From: Lingula anatina | Taxonomy: Eukaryota > Animalia > Brachiopoda | Assembly (NCBI GenBank): GCA_051362555.1 | Contig: CM120646.1 | Span: forward strand, 10,726,001-10,790,000 | Direction of reading: 5' to 3' | Length of the DNA stretch: 64,000 nucleotides | Shown: positions 24,147-39,036 of the stretch, one piece after another | How the letters are laid out: every line of letters starts with the position of its first letter | How positions within the stretch are numbered: position 1 is the stretch's first letter | The notes under the pieces: model-generated | The model's input: only the letters and a program-made list of their open reading frames with translations | Databases searched by the model: none | What the model was told of the DNA's origin: nothing | Program-made: the position numbers and the translations under genes

Positions 24147-26244
24147 CACAGATAACTGATCAGCTTATCACTGATTTTTATTGCTGTTAAGCATCATTTG
24201 TGAAAATTTCAGAAATGCTGGACAAGATTTGACAAAATTATTAACGTTTAACTATTTTAAGTCATGGTACTTGTCAGACTTTTTAATGTAATTTTCAGTT
24301 TTTCTCAATATATTGTCCGAAGAAGAAACTTTCTATTAGACACAGTCAACTGATCAGCTTATCACAGATTTTTATTGTTGTTAAGCATCATTTGTACAAA
24401 TTTCAGAAATATTGGACAAGATTTGACAAAATTATTAACGTTTAACTATTTTAAGTCTTGGGATTTGCCTGTCTTTTCGTTTTAATTTTGAGATTTTTCA
24501 AATATATTTTCCAAAGAAGACACTTTCTATTAGACACAGTCAACTGATCAGCTTATCACAGATTTTTATTGTTATTAAGCATCTTTTGTACCAATTTCAG
24601 AAATATTGGACAAGATTTGACAAAATTATTAACGTTTAACTATTTTAAGTCTAGGGATTTGACAGTCTTTTTAATATAATTTTCAGTTTTCCCAAATATA
24701 TTGTCCAAAGAAAATACTTCTCATTAGACACAGTCAACTGATGAGCTCATCACAGATTTTTATTGTTGTTAAGCATGTTAATTTGAATTGTACGAATATC
24801 AGAATTACTGGACAAGATTTGACAAAATTATTAACATTTAACTATTTTAAGCCATGGAATTTGCCTGTCTTTTTGTTGTTATTTTGAGTTTTCCTAAATA
24901 TATTTTCCAAAGAAGACACTTTCTATTAGACACAGTCAACTGATCAGCTTATCACAGATTTTTATTGTTGTTAAGCATCTTTTATACCAATTTCAGAAAT
25001 ATTGGACAAGATTTGACAAAATTATTAACGTTTAACTATTTTAAGTCTAGGGATTTGACAGTCTTTTTAATGTCATTTTCAGTTTTCCCAAATATATTGT
25101 CCAAAGAAAATACTTTTCATTAGACACAGTCAACTGATCAACTTAAAACAGATTTTTATTGTTGTTAAGCATCTTTTGTACCAATTTCAAAAATGTTGGA
25201 AAAAGATTTGACAAAATTATTAACGTTTAACTTTTTTAAGTTTTGGGATTTTCCAGTCTTTTTAATGTCATTTTGAGTTTTCCCAAATATATTTTCCAAA
25301 GAAGACACTTTTTTTTGGCACAGTCAACTGATCAGCTTATCACAGATTTTTATTGTTGTTAAGCATCATTTATACAAATTTCAGAAATATTGGACAAGAT
25401 TTGTCAAAATTATTAACATTTAACTATTTTAAGTCATGGTACTTGTCAGACTTTTTAATGTAATTTTCAGTTTTCTCAATATATTGTCCAAAGAAAATAC
25501 TTTCTATTAGACACAGTCAACTGATCAGTTTATCACAGATTTTTATTGTTGTTAAGCATCATTGGTACAAATTTCAGAAATATTGGACAAGATTTGACAA
25601 AATTATTAATGTTTAACTATTTTAAGTCTAGGGATTTGCCAGTCTTTTCAATGTAACTTTAAATTTTCCTAAATATATTGTCCAAAGAAAATACTTCTCA
25701 TTAGACACAGTCAACTGATCAGCTTATCACAGATTTTTATTGTTGTTAAGCATGATTTGTACGAATATCAGAATTATTGGACAAGATTTGTCAAAATTAT
25801 TAACATTTAACTATTTTAAGCCATGGAATTTGCCTGTCTTTTCGTTGTAATTTTGAGTTTTTCTAAATATATTTTCCAAAGAAGACACTTTTTATTATAC
25901 ACAGTCAACTGATCAGCTTATCACAGATTTTTATTGTTGTTAAGCATTTTTTGTACCAATTTCAAAAATGTTGGACAAGATTTGACAAAATTATTAACGT
26001 TTAACTTTTTTAAGTTTTGGGATTTGCCAGTCTTTTCAATGTGATTTTCAGTTTTCCCAAATATATTGTCCAAAGAAAATACTTTTCATTAGACACAGTC
26101 AACTGATCAGCTTATCACAGATTTTTATTGTTGTTAAGCATCTTTTGTACCAATTTCAAAAATGTTGGATAAGATTTGACAAAATTATTAATGTTTAACT
26201 ATTTTTAGTTTTGGGATTTTCCAGTCTTTTCAATGTGATTTTCA

Positions 26245-26659
26245 TTCTTTTTTCAGTTATATTGTTCTTTTTCTAGACTACCCTTACCATGAAAAAGCAG
26301 ACAGTGAAAGATGAGATCAAGAGCAGCACCATGTCTTTTCCATGTGTACAATACATGATATGAAGCAAGATTTAGGGCATTGTCAAGTACTATTGTGCTA
26401 ACAGCAACCCATTCCAGAAACCCATTGTAAGGAGGAATCTGCATCTGGCATTGATAGTAAGGAGAAGTTTTGTATGGGTATATATTGTTTTCCAGATGAC
26501 AGTTCTAGGTAATTTGCAACCTCGTACACAAACAAACTCAAATCACCAAATTTGCTGTTTTCTTTATTGGTAAACAATACATTGCAATATTGAAATATTT
26601 TTTGGTTAATTCTCACTTTTTTGATTATCAATTTTCAATAAACTTGACATTAAAAAAAA
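26245..26659 (+). repeat. Cassette copy 15, type B
   Basis: B markers. Confidence 0.93.
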
Positions 26660-28167
26660 CACAGATAACTGATCAGCTTATTACTGATTTTTATTGCTGT
26701 TAAGCATCATTTGTGAAAATTTCAGAAACGCTGGACAAGATTTGACAAAATTATTATTGTTTAACTATTTTAAGTCATGGTATTTGCCAGTCTTTTCAAT
26801 GTAACTTTAAATTTTCCTAAATATATTGTCCAAAGAAAATACTTCTCATTAGACACAGTCAACTGATCAGCTTATCACAGATTTTTATTGTTGTTAAGCA
26901 TGATTTGTACAAATATCAGAATTATTGGACAAGATTTGTCAAAATTATTAACATTTAACTATTTTAAGCCATGGAATTTGCCTGTCTTTTCGTTGTAATT
27001 TTGAGTTTTTCTAAATATATTTTCCAAAGAAGACACTTTTTATTATACACAGTCAACTGATCAGCTTATCACAGATTTTTATTGTTGTTAAGCATTTTTT
27101 GTACCAATTTCAAAAATGTTGGACAAGATTTGACAAAATTATTAACGTTTAACTTTTTTAAGTTTTGGGATTTGCCAGTCTTTTCAATGTGATTTTCAGT
27201 TTTCCCAAATATATTGTCCAAAGAAAATACTTTTCATTAGACACAGTCAACTGATCAGCTTATCACAGATTTTTATTGTTGTTAAGCGTTTTTTGTACCA
27301 ATTTCAAAAATGTTGGACAAGATTTGACAAAATTATTAACGTTTAACTATTTTAAGTCTAGGGATTTGCCAGTCTTTTTAATGTCATTTTCAGTTTTTTT
27401 CAAATATATTTTCCAAAGAAGACACTTTTTTTTTGGCACAGTCAACTGATCAGCTTATCACAGATTTTTATTGTTGTTAAGCATCTTTTGTACCGATTTC
27501 AGAAATATTGGAGAAGATTTGACAAAATTATTAACGTTTAACTATTTTGTCCTGGGATTTGCCTATCTTTTCGTTGTAATTTTGAGTTTTCCCAAATATA
27601 TTGTCCAAAGAAAATACTTCTCATTAGACACAGTCAACTGATCAGCTTATCACAGATTTTTATTGTTGTTAAGCATGATTTGTACGAATATCAGAATTAT
27701 TGGACAAGATTTGTCAAAATTATTAACATTTAACTATTTTAAGCCATGGAATTTGCCTGTCTTTTCGTTGTAATTTTGAGTTTTTCTAAATATATTTTCC
27801 AAAGAAGACACTTTTTATTATACACAGTCAACTGATCAGCTTATCACAGATTTTTATTGTTGTTAAGCATTTTTTGTACCAATTTCAAAAATGTTGGACA
27901 AGATTTGACAAAATTATTAACGTTTAACTTTTTTAAGTTTTGGGATTTGCCAGTCTTTTCAATGTGATTTTCAGTTTTCCCAAATATATTGTCCAAAGAA
28001 AATACTTTTCATTAGACACAGTCAACTGATCAGCTTATCACAGATTTTTATTGTTGTTAAGCATCTTTTGTACCAATTTCAAAAATGTTGGATAAGATTT
28101 GACAAAATTATTAATGTTTAACTATTTTTAGTTTTGGGATTTTCCAGTCTTTTCAATGTGATTTTCA

Positions 28168-28582
28168 TTCTTTTTTCAGTTATATTGTTCTTTTTCTAGA
28201 CTACCCTTACCATGAAAAAGCAGACAGTGAAAGATGAGATCAAGAGCAGCACCATGTCTTTTCCATGTGTACAATACATGATATGAAGCAAGATTTAGGG
28301 CATTGTCAAGTACTATTGTGCTAACAGCAACCCATTCCAGAAACCCATTGTAAGGAGGAATCTGCATCTGGCATTGATAGTAAGGAGAAGTTTTGTATGG
28401 GTATATATTGTTTTCCAGATGACAGTTCTAGGTAATTTGCAACCTCGTACACAAACAAACTCAAATCACCAAATTTGCTGTTTTCTTTATTGGTAAACAA
28501 TACATTGCAATATTGAAATATTTTTTGGTTAATTCTCACTTTTTTGATTATCAATTTTCAATAAACTTGACATTAAAAAAAA
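28168..28582 (+). repeat. Cassette copy 16, type B
   Basis: B markers; 1923-bp period. Confidence 0.93.
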
Positions 28583-30090
28583 CACAGATAACTGATCAGC
28601 TTATTACTGATTTTTATTGCTGTTAAGCATCATTTGTGAAAATTTCAGAAACGCTGGACAAGATTTGACAAAATTATTATTGTTTAACTATTTTAAGTCA
28701 TGGTATTTGCCAGTCTTTTCAATGTAACTTTAAATTTTCCTAAATATATTGTCCAAAGAAAATACTTCTCATTAGACACAGTCAACTGATCAGCTTATCA
28801 CAGATTTTTATTGTTGTTAAGCATGATTTGTACAAATATCAGAATTATTGGACAAGATTTGTCAAAATTATTAACATTTAACTATTTTAAGCCATGGAAT
28901 TTGCCTGTCTTTTCGTTGTAATTTTGAGTTTTTCTAAATATATTTTCCAAAGAAGACACTTTTTATTATACACAGTCAACTGATCAGCTTATCACAGATT
29001 TTTATTGTTGTTAAGCATTTTTTGTACCAATTTCAAAAATGTTGGACAAGATTTGACAAAATTATTAACGTTTAACTTTTTTAAGTTTTGGGATTTGCCA
29101 GTCTTTTCAATGTGATTTTCAGTTTTCCCAAATATATTGTCCAAAGAAAATACTTTTCATTAGACACAGTCAACTGATCAGCTTATCACAGATTTTTATT
29201 GTTGTTAAGCGTTTTTTGTACCAATTTCAAAAATGTTGGACAAGATTTGACAAAATTATTAACGTTTAACTATTTTAAGTCTAGGGATTTGCCAGTCTTT
29301 TTAATGTCATTTTCAGTTTTTTTCAAATATATTTTCCAAAGAAGACACTTTTTTTTTGGCACAGTCAACTGATCAGCTTATCACAGATTTTTATTGTTGT
29401 TAAGCATCTTTTGTACCGATTTCAGAAATATTGGAGAAGATTTGACAAAATTATTAACGTTTAACTATTTTGTCCTGGGATTTGCCTATCTTTTCGTTGT
29501 AATTTTGAGTTTTCCCAAATATATTGTCCAAAGAAAATACTTCTCATTAGACACAGTCAACTGATCAGCTTATCACAGATTTTTATTGTTGTTAAGCATG
29601 ATTTGTACGAATATCAGAATTATTGGACAAGATTTGTCAAAATTATTAACATTTAACTATTTTAAGCCATGGAATTTGCCTGTCTTTTCGTTGTAATTTT
29701 GAGTTTTTCTAAATATATTTTCCAAAGAAGACACTTTTTATTATACACAGTCAACTGATCAGCTTATCACAGATTTTTATTGTTGTTAAGCATTTTTTGT
29801 ACCAATTTCAAAAATGTTGGACAAGATTTGACAAAATTATTAACGTTTAACTTTTTTAAGTTTTGGGATTTGCCAGTCTTTTCAATGTGATTTTCAGTTT
29901 TCCCAAATATATTGTCCAAAGAAAATACTTTTCATTAGACACAGTCAACTGATCAGCTTATCACAGATTTTTATTGTTGTTAAGCATCTTTTGTACCAAT
30001 TTCAAAAATGTTGGATAAGATTTGACAAAATTATTAATGTTTAACTATTTTTAGTTTTGGGATTTTCCAGTCTTTTCAATGTGATTTTCA

Positions 30091-30505
30091 TTCTTTTTTC
30101 AGTTATATTGTTCTTTTTCTAGACTACCCTTACCATGAAAAAGCAGACAGTGAAAGATGAGATCAAGAGCAGCACCATGTCTTTTCCATGTGTACAATAC
30201 GTGATATGAAGCAAGATTTAGGGCATTGTCAAGTACTATTGTGCTAACAGCAACCCATTCCAGAAACCCATTGTAAGGAGGAATCTGCATCTGGCATTGA
30301 TAGTAAGGAGAAGTTTTGTATGGGTATATATTGTTTTCCAGATGACAGTTCTAGGTAATTTGCAACCTCGTACACAAACAAACTCAAATCACCAAATTTG
30401 CTGTTTTCTTTATTGGTAAACAATACATTGCAATATTGAAATATTTTTTGGTTAATTCTCACTTTTTTGATTATCAATTTTCAATAAACTTGACATTAAA
30501 AAAAA
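30091..30505 (+). repeat. Cassette copy 17, type B
   Basis: B markers; 1923-bp period. Confidence 0.93.
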
Positions 30506-31238
30506 CACAGATAACTGATCAGCTTATTACTGATTTTTATTGCTGTTAAGCATCATTTGTGAAAATTTCAGAAACGCTGGACAAGATTTGACAAAATTAT
30601 TATTGTTTAACTATTTTAAGTCATGGTATTTGCCAGTCTTTTCAATGTAACTTTAAATTTTCCTAAATATATTGTCCAAAGAAAATACTTCTCATTAGAC
30701 ACAGTCAACTGATCAGCTTATCACAGATTTTTATTGTTGTTAAGCATGATTTGTACAAATATCAGAATTATTGGACAAGATTTGTCAAAATTATTAACAT
30801 TTAACTATTTTAAGCCATGGAATTTGCCTGTCTTTTCGTTGTAATTTTGAGTTTTTCTAAATATATTTTCCAAAGAAGACACTTTTTATTATACACAGTC
30901 AACTGATCAGCTTATCACAGATTTTTATTGTTGTTAAGCATTTTTTGTACCAATTTCAAAAATGTTGGACAAGATTTGACAAAATTATTAACGTTTAACT
31001 TTTTTAAGTTTTGGGATTTGCCAGTCTTTTCAATGTGATTTTCAGTTTTCCCAAATATATTGTCCAAAGAAAATACTTTTCATTAGACACAGTCAACTGA
31101 TCAGCTTATCACAGATTTTTATTGTTGTTAAGCGTTTTTTGTACCAATTTCAAAAATGTTGGACAAGATTTGACAAAATTATTAACGTTTAACTATTTTA
31201 AGTCTAGGGATTTGCCAGTCTTTTTAATGTGATTTTCA

Positions 31239-31653
31239 TTCTTTTTTCAGTTATATTGTTCTTTTTCTAGACTACCCTTACCATGAAAAAGCAGACAGTG
31301 AAAGATGAGATCAAGAGCAGCACCATGTCTTTTCCATGTGTACAATACATGATATGAAGCAAGATTTAGGGCATTGTCAAGTACTATTGTGCTAACAGCA
31401 ACCCATTCCAGAAACCCATTGTAAGGAGGAATCTGCATCTGGCATTGATAGTAAGGAGAAGTTTTGTATGGGTATATATTGTTTTCCAGATGACAGTTCT
31501 AGGTAATTTGCAACCTCGTACACAAACAAACTCAAATCACCAAATTTGCTGTTTTCTTTATTGGTAAACAATACATTGCAATATTGAAATATTTTTTGGT
31601 TAATTCTCACTTTTTTGATTATCAATTTTCAATAAACTTGACATTAAAAAAAA
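31239..31653 (+). repeat. Cassette copy 18, type B
   Basis: B markers; 1148 bp after copy 17. Confidence 0.93.
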
Positions 31654-33163
31654 CACAGATAACTGATCAGCTTATTACTGATTTTTATTGCTGTTAAGCA
31701 TCATTTGTGAAAATTTCAGAAACGCTGGACAAGATTTGACAAAATTATTATTGTTTAACTATTTTAAGTCATGGTATTTGCCAGTCTTTTCAATGTAACT
31801 TTAAATTTTCCTAAATATATTGTCCAAAGAAAATACTTCTCATTAGACACAGTCAACTGATCAGCTTATCACAGATTTTTATTGTTGTTAAGCATGATTT
31901 GTACAAATATCAGAATTATTGGACAAGATTTGTCAAAATTATTAACATTTAACTATTTTAAGCCATGGAATTTGCCTGTCTTTTCGTTGTAATTTTGAGT
32001 TTTTCTAAATATATTTTCCAAAGAAGACACTTTTTATTATACACAGTCAACTGATCAGCTTATCACAGATTTTTATTGTTGTTAAGCATTTTTTGTACCA
32101 ATTTCAAAAATGTTGGACAAGATTTGACAAAATTATTAACGTTTAACTTTTTTAAGTTTTGGGATTTGCCAGTCTTTTCAATGTGATTTTCAGTTTTCCC
32201 AAATATATTGTCCAAAGAAAATACTTTTCATTAGACACAGTCAACTGATCAGCTTATCACAGATTTTTATTGTTGTTAAGCATTTTTTGTACCAATTTCA
32301 AAAATGTTGGACAAGATTTGACAAAATTATTAACGTTTAACTATTTTAAGTCTAGGGATTTGCCAGTCTTTTTAATGTCATTTTCAGTTTTTTTCAAATA
32401 TATTTTCCAAAGAAGACACTTTTTTTTTGGCACAGTCAACTGATCAGCTTATCACAGATTTTTATTATTGTTCAGCATCTTTTCTACCAATTTCAGAAAT
32501 ATTGGACAAGATTTGACAAATTTATTAACATTTAACTATTTTAAGTCTAGGGATTTGCCAGTCTTTTTAATATAATTTTCAGTTTTCCCAAATATATTTT
32601 CCAAAGAAAATACTTCTCATTAGACACAGTCAACTGATCAGCTTATCACAGATTTTTATTGTTGTTAAGCATTTTTTGTACCAATTTCAAAAATGTTGGA
32701 CAAGATTTGACAAAATTATTAACGTTTAACTTTTTTAAGTTTTGGGATTTGCCAGTCTTTTCAATGTGATTTTCAGTTTTCCCAAATATATTGTCCAAAG
32801 AAAATACTTTTCATTAGACACAGTCAACTGATCAACTTATCACAGATTTTTATTGTTGTTAAGCATCATTTGTACAAATTTCAGAAATATTGGACAAGAT
32901 TTGACAAAAGTATTAACGTTTAACTATTTTAAGTCTTGGGATTTGCCTGTCTTTTTGTTTTAATTTTGAGATTTTTCAAATATATTTTCCAAAGAAGACA
33001 CTTTCTATTAGACACAGTCAACTGATCAGCTTATCACAGATTTTTATTGTTGTTAAGCATCTTTTGTACCAATTTCAGAAGTATTGGACAAGATTTGACA
33101 AAATTATTAACGTTTAACTTTTTTAAGTTTTGGGATTTGCCAGTCTTTTCAATGTGATTTTCA

Positions 33164-33575
33164 TTCTTTTTTCAGTTATATTGTTCTTTTTCCAGAGTAC
33201 CCTTATCATGAAAAAGCAGACAGTGAAAGACGGGATCAAGAGCAGCACCATGTCTTGTCCATGTGTACAATACATGATATGAAGCAAGATTTAGTGCATT
33301 GTCAAGTATTGTGGTAGCAGCAACCCATTCCAGAAACCCATTGTAAGGAGGAATCTGCATCTGGCATTGATAGTAAGGAGAAGTCCTGTATGGGTATATA
33401 TTGTTTTCCAGATGACAGTTCTAGGTAATTTGCAACCTCGTACACAAACAAACTCAAATCACCACATTTGCTGTTTTCTTTATTGGTAAACAATACATTG
33501 CAATATTGAAATATTTTTTGGTTAATTCTCACTCTTCTGATTATCAAATTTCAATAAATTTGACATTAAAAAAAA
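33164..33575 (+). repeat. Cassette copy 19, type A
   Basis: A markers. Confidence 0.93.
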
Positions 33576-34511
33576 CACAGATAACTGATCAGCTTATCAC
33601 TGATTTTTATTGCTGTTAAGCATCATTTGTGAAAATTTCAGAAATGCTGGACAAGATTTGACAAAATTATTAACGTTTAACTATTTTAAGTCATGGTACT
33701 TGTCAGACTTTTTAATGAAATTTTCAGTTTTTCTCAATATATTGTCCGAAGAAGAAACTTTCTATTAGACACAGTCAACTGATCAGCTTATCACAGATTT
33801 TTATTGTTGTTAAGCATCATTTGTACAAATTTCAGAAATATTGGACAAGATTTGACAAAATTATTAACGTTTAACTATTTTAAGTCTTGGGATTTGCCTG
33901 TCTTTTCGTTTTAATTTTGAGATTTTTCAAATATATTTTCCAAAGAAGACACTTTCTATTAGACACAGTCAACTGATCAGCCTATCACAGATTTTTATTG
34001 TTATTAAGCATCTTTTGTACCAATTTCAGAAGTATTGGACAAGATTTGACAAAATTATTAACGTTTAACTATTTTAAGTCTAGGGATTTGCCAGTCTTTT
34101 TAATGTAATTTTCAGTTATCCCAAATATATTGTCCAAAGAAAATACTTTTCATTAGACACAGTCAACTGATCAGCTCATCACAGATTTTTATTGTTGTTA
34201 AGCATGTTAATTTGAATTGTACGAATATCAGAATTACTGGACAAGATTTGACAAAATTATTAACGTTTAACTATTTTAAGTCTAGGGATTTGACAGTCTT
34301 TTTAATGTCATTTTCAGTTTTCCCAAATATATTGTCCAAAGAAAATACTTTTCATTAGACACAGTCAACTGATCAACTTATCACAGATTTTTATTGTTGT
34401 TAAGCATCTTTTGTACCAATTTCAAAAATGTTGGAAAAAGATTTGACAAAATTATTAACGTTTAACTTTTTTAAGTTTTGGGATTTTCCAGTCTTTTCAA
34501 TGTGATTTTCA

Positions 34512-34925
34512 TTCTTTTTTCAGTTATATTGTTCTTTTTCAGAGTTCCCTTACCATGAAAAAACAGACAGTGAAAGAAGGGATCAAGAGCAGCACCATGT
34601 CTTGTCCATGTGTACAATACATGATATGAAGCAAGATTTAGGGCATTGTCAAGTACTATTGTGCTAACAGCAACCCATTCCAGAAACCCATTGTAAGGAG
34701 GAATCTGCATCTGGCATTGATAGTAAGGAGAAGTCTTGTATGGGTATATATTGTTTTCCAGATGACAGTTCTAGGTAATTTGCAACCTCGTACACAAACA
34801 AACTCAAATCACCAAATTTGCTGTTTTCTTTATTGGTAAACAATACATTGCAATATTGAAATATTTTTTGGTTAATTCTCACTTTTCTGATTATCAATTT
34901 TCAATAAACTTGACATTAAAAAAAA
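34512..34925 (+). repeat. Cassette copy 20, type C
   Basis: C markers, without the private TGTAAAG and ATTATAAT changes of copies 8 and 26. Confidence 0.92.
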
Positions 34926-36815
34926 CACAGATAACTGATCAGCTTATTACTGATTTTTATTGCTGTTAAGCATCATTTGTGAAAATTTCAGAAACGCTGG
35001 ACAAGATTTGACAAAATTATTAACGTTTAACTATTTTAAGCCATGGAATTTACCTGTCTTTTTGTTGTTATTTTGAGTTTTCCTAAATATATTTTCCAAA
35101 GAAGACACTTTCTATTAGACACAGTCAACTGATCAGCTTATCACAGATTTTTATTGTTGTTAAGCATCTTTTATACCAATTTCAGAAATATTGGACAAGA
35201 TTTGACAAAATTATTAACGTTTAACTATTTTAAGTCTAGGGATTTGACAGTCTTTTTAATGTCATTTTTAGTTTTCCCAAATATATTGTCCAAAGAAAAT
35301 ACTTTTCATTAGACACAGTCAACTGATCAACTTATCACAGATTTTTGTTGTTGTTAAGCATCTTTTGTACAAATTTCAGAAATATTGGACAAGATTTGAC
35401 AAAATTATTAACGTTTAACTATTTTGTCCTGGGATTTGCCAGTCTTTTCAATGTAACTTTAAATTTTCCTAAATATATTGTCCAAAGAAAATACTTCTCA
35501 TTAGACACAGTCAACTGATCAGCTTATCACAGATTTTTATTGTTGTTAAGCATGATTTGTACGAATATCAGAATTATTGGACAAGATTTGACAAAATTAT
35601 TAACATTTAACTATTTTAAGCCATGGAATTTGCCACTCTTTTCAATGTAACTTTAAATTTTCCTAAATATATTGTCCAAAGAAAATACTTCTCATTAGAC
35701 ACAGTCAACTGATCAGCTTATCACAGATTTTTATTGTTGTTAAGCATGATTTGTACGAATATCAGAATTATTGGACAAGATTTGTCAAAATTATTAACAT
35801 TTAACTATTTTAAGCCATGGAATTTGCCTGTCTTTTCGTTGTAATTTTGAGTTCTAAATATATTTTCCAAAGAAGACACTTTCTATTAGACACAGTCAAC
35901 TGATCAGCTTATCACAGATTTTTATTGTTGTTAAGCATTTTTTGTACCAATTTCAAAAATGTTGGACAAGATTTGACAAAATTATTAACGTTTAACTATT
36001 TTGTCCTGGGATTTGCCAGTCTTTTCAATGTAACTTTAAATTTTCCTAAATATATTGTCCAAAGAAAATACTTCTCATTAGACACAGTCAACTGATCAGC
36101 TTATCACAGATTTTTATTGTTGTTAAGCATGATTTGTACGAATATCAGAATTATTGGACAAGATTTGTCAAAATTATTAACATTTAACTATTTTAAGCCA
36201 TGGAATTTGCCAGTCTTTTCAATGTAACTTTAAATTTTCCTAAATATATTGTCCAAAGAAAATACTTCTCATTAGACACAGTCAACTGATCAGCTTATCA
36301 CAGATTTTTATTGTTGTTAAGCATGATTTGTACGAATATCAGAATTATTGGACAAGATTTGTCAAAATTATTAACATTTAACTATTTTAAGCCATGGAAT
36401 TTGCCTGTCTTTTCGTTGTAATTTTGAGTTTTTCTAAATATATTTTCCAAAGAAGACACTTTTTATTATACACAGTCAACTGATCAGCTTATCACAGATT
36501 TTTATTGTTGTTAAGCATTTTTTGTACCAATTTCAAAAATGTTGGACAAGATTTGACAAAATTATTAACGTTTAACTTTTTTAAGTTTTGGGATTTGCCA
36601 GTCTTTTCAATGTGATTTTCAGTTTTCCCAAATATATTGTCCAAAGAAAATACTTTTCATTAGACACAGTCAACTGATCAGCTTATCACAGATTTTTATT
36701 GTTGTTAAGCATCTTTTGTACCAATTTCAAAAATGTTGGATAAGATTTGACAAAATTATTAATGTTTAACTATTTTTAGTTTTGGGATTTTCCAGTCTTT
36801 TCAATGTGATTTTCA

Positions 36816-37230
36816 TTCTTTTTTCAGTTATATTGTTCTTTTTCTAGACTACCCTTACCATGAAAAAGCAGACAGTGAAAGATGAGATCAAGAGCAGCAC
36901 CATGTCTTTTCCATGTGTACAATACATGATATGAAGCAAGATTTAGGGCATTGTCAAGTACTATTGTGCTAACAGCAACCCATTCCAGAAACCCATTGTA
37001 AGGAGGAATCTGCATCTGGCATTGATAGTAAGGAGAAGTTTTGTATGGGTATATATTGTTTTCCAGATGACAGTTCTAGGTAATTTGCAACCTCGTACAC
37101 AAACAAACTCAAATCACCAAATTTGCTGTTTTCTTTATTGGTAAACAATACATTGCAATATTGAAATATTTTTTGGTTAATTCTCACTTTTTTGATTATC
37201 AATTTTCAATAAACTTGACATTAAAAAAAA
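36816..37230 (+). repeat. Cassette copy 21, type B
   Basis: B markers. Confidence 0.93.
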
Positions 37231-39036
37231 CACAGATAACTGATCAGCTTATTACTGATTTTTATTGCTGTTAAGCATCATTTGTGAAAATTTCAGAAAC
37301 GCTGGACAAGATTTGACAAAATTATTATTGTTTAACTATTTTAAGTCATGGTATTTGCCAGTCTTTTCAATGTAACTTTAAATTTTCCTAAATATATTGT
37401 CCAAAGAAAATACTTCTCATTAGACACAGTCAACTGATCAGCTTATCACAGATTTTTATTGTTGTTAAGCATGATTTGTACAAATATCAGAATTATTGGA
37501 CAAGATTTGTCAAAATTATTAACATTTAACTATTTTAAGCCATGGAATTTGCCTGTCTTTTCGTTGTAATTTTGAGTTTTTCTAAATATATTTTCCAAAG
37601 AAGACACTTTTTATTATACACAGTCAACTGATCAGCTTATCACAGATTTTTATTGTTGTTAAGCATTTTTTGTACCAATTTCAAAAATGTTGGACAAGAT
37701 TTGACAAAATTATTAACGTTTAACTTTTTTAAGTTTTGGGATTTGCCAGTCTTTTCAATGTGATTTTCAGTTTTCCCAAATATATTGTCCAAAGAAAATA
37801 CTTTTCATTAGACACAGTCAACTGATCAGCTTATCACAGATTTTTATTGTTGTTAAGCATTTTTTGTACCAATTTCAAAAATGTTGGACAAGATTTGACA
37901 AAATTATTAACGTTTAACTATTTTAAGTCTAGGGATTATCACAGATTTTTATTGTTGTTAAGCATGATTTGTACGAATATCAGAATTATTGGACAAGATT
38001 TGTCAAAATTATTAACATTTAACTATTTTAAGCCATGGAATTTGCCACTCTTTTCAATGTAACTTTAAATTTTCCTAAATATATTGTCCAAAGAAAATAC
38101 TTCTCATTAGACACAGTCAACTGATCAGCTTATCACAGATTTTTATTGTTGTTAAGCATGATTTGTACGAATATCAGAATTATTGGACAAGATTTGTCAA
38201 AATTATTAACATTTAACTATTTTAAGCCATGGAATTTGCCTGTCTTTTCGTTGTAATTTTGAGTTTTTCTAAATATATTTTCCAAAGAAGACACTTTTTA
38301 TTATACACAGTCAACTGATCAGCTTATCACAGATTTTTATTGTTGTTAAGCATTTTTTGTACCAATTTCAAAAATGTTGGACAAGATTTGACAAAATTAT
38401 TAACGTTTAACTATTTTGTCCTGGGATTTGCCAGTCTTTTCAATGTAACTTTAAATTTTCCTAAATATATTGTCCAAAGAAAATACTTCTCATTAGACAC
38501 AGTCAACTGATCAGCTTATCACAGATTTTTATTGTTGTTAAGCATGATTTGTACGAATATCAGAATTATTGGACAAGATTTGTCAAAATTATTAACATTT
38601 AACTATTTTAAGCCATGGAATTTGCCAGTCTTTTCAATGTAACTTTAAATTTTCCTAAATATATTGTCCAAAGAAAATACTTCTCATTAGACACAGTCAA
38701 CTGATCAGCTTATCACAGATTTTTATTGTTGTTAAGCATGATTTGTACGAATATCAGAATTATTGGACAAGATTTGTCAAAATTATTAACATTTAACTAT
38801 TTTAAGCCATGGAATTTGCCTGTCTTTTCGTTGTAATTTTGAGTTTTTCTAAATATATTTTCCAAAGAAGACACTTTTTATTATACACAGTCAACTGATC
38901 AGCTTATCACAGATTTTTATTGTTGTTAAGCATTTTTTGTACCAATTTCAAAAATGTTGGACAAGATTTGACAAAATTATTAACGTTTAACTTTTTTCAG
39001 TTTTGGGATTTGCCAGTCTTTTCAATGTGATTTTCA

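Larger units (their letters stand above)
25700..31200 (+). repeat. 1923-bp higher-order repeat (cassette unit plus 7 monomers), tandem copies
   Basis: Offsets 26253, 28176, 30099. The same period occurs at 5686-7609, 15111-17034, 49057-50980 and 61730-63653. Boundaries are approximate. Confidence 0.9.
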
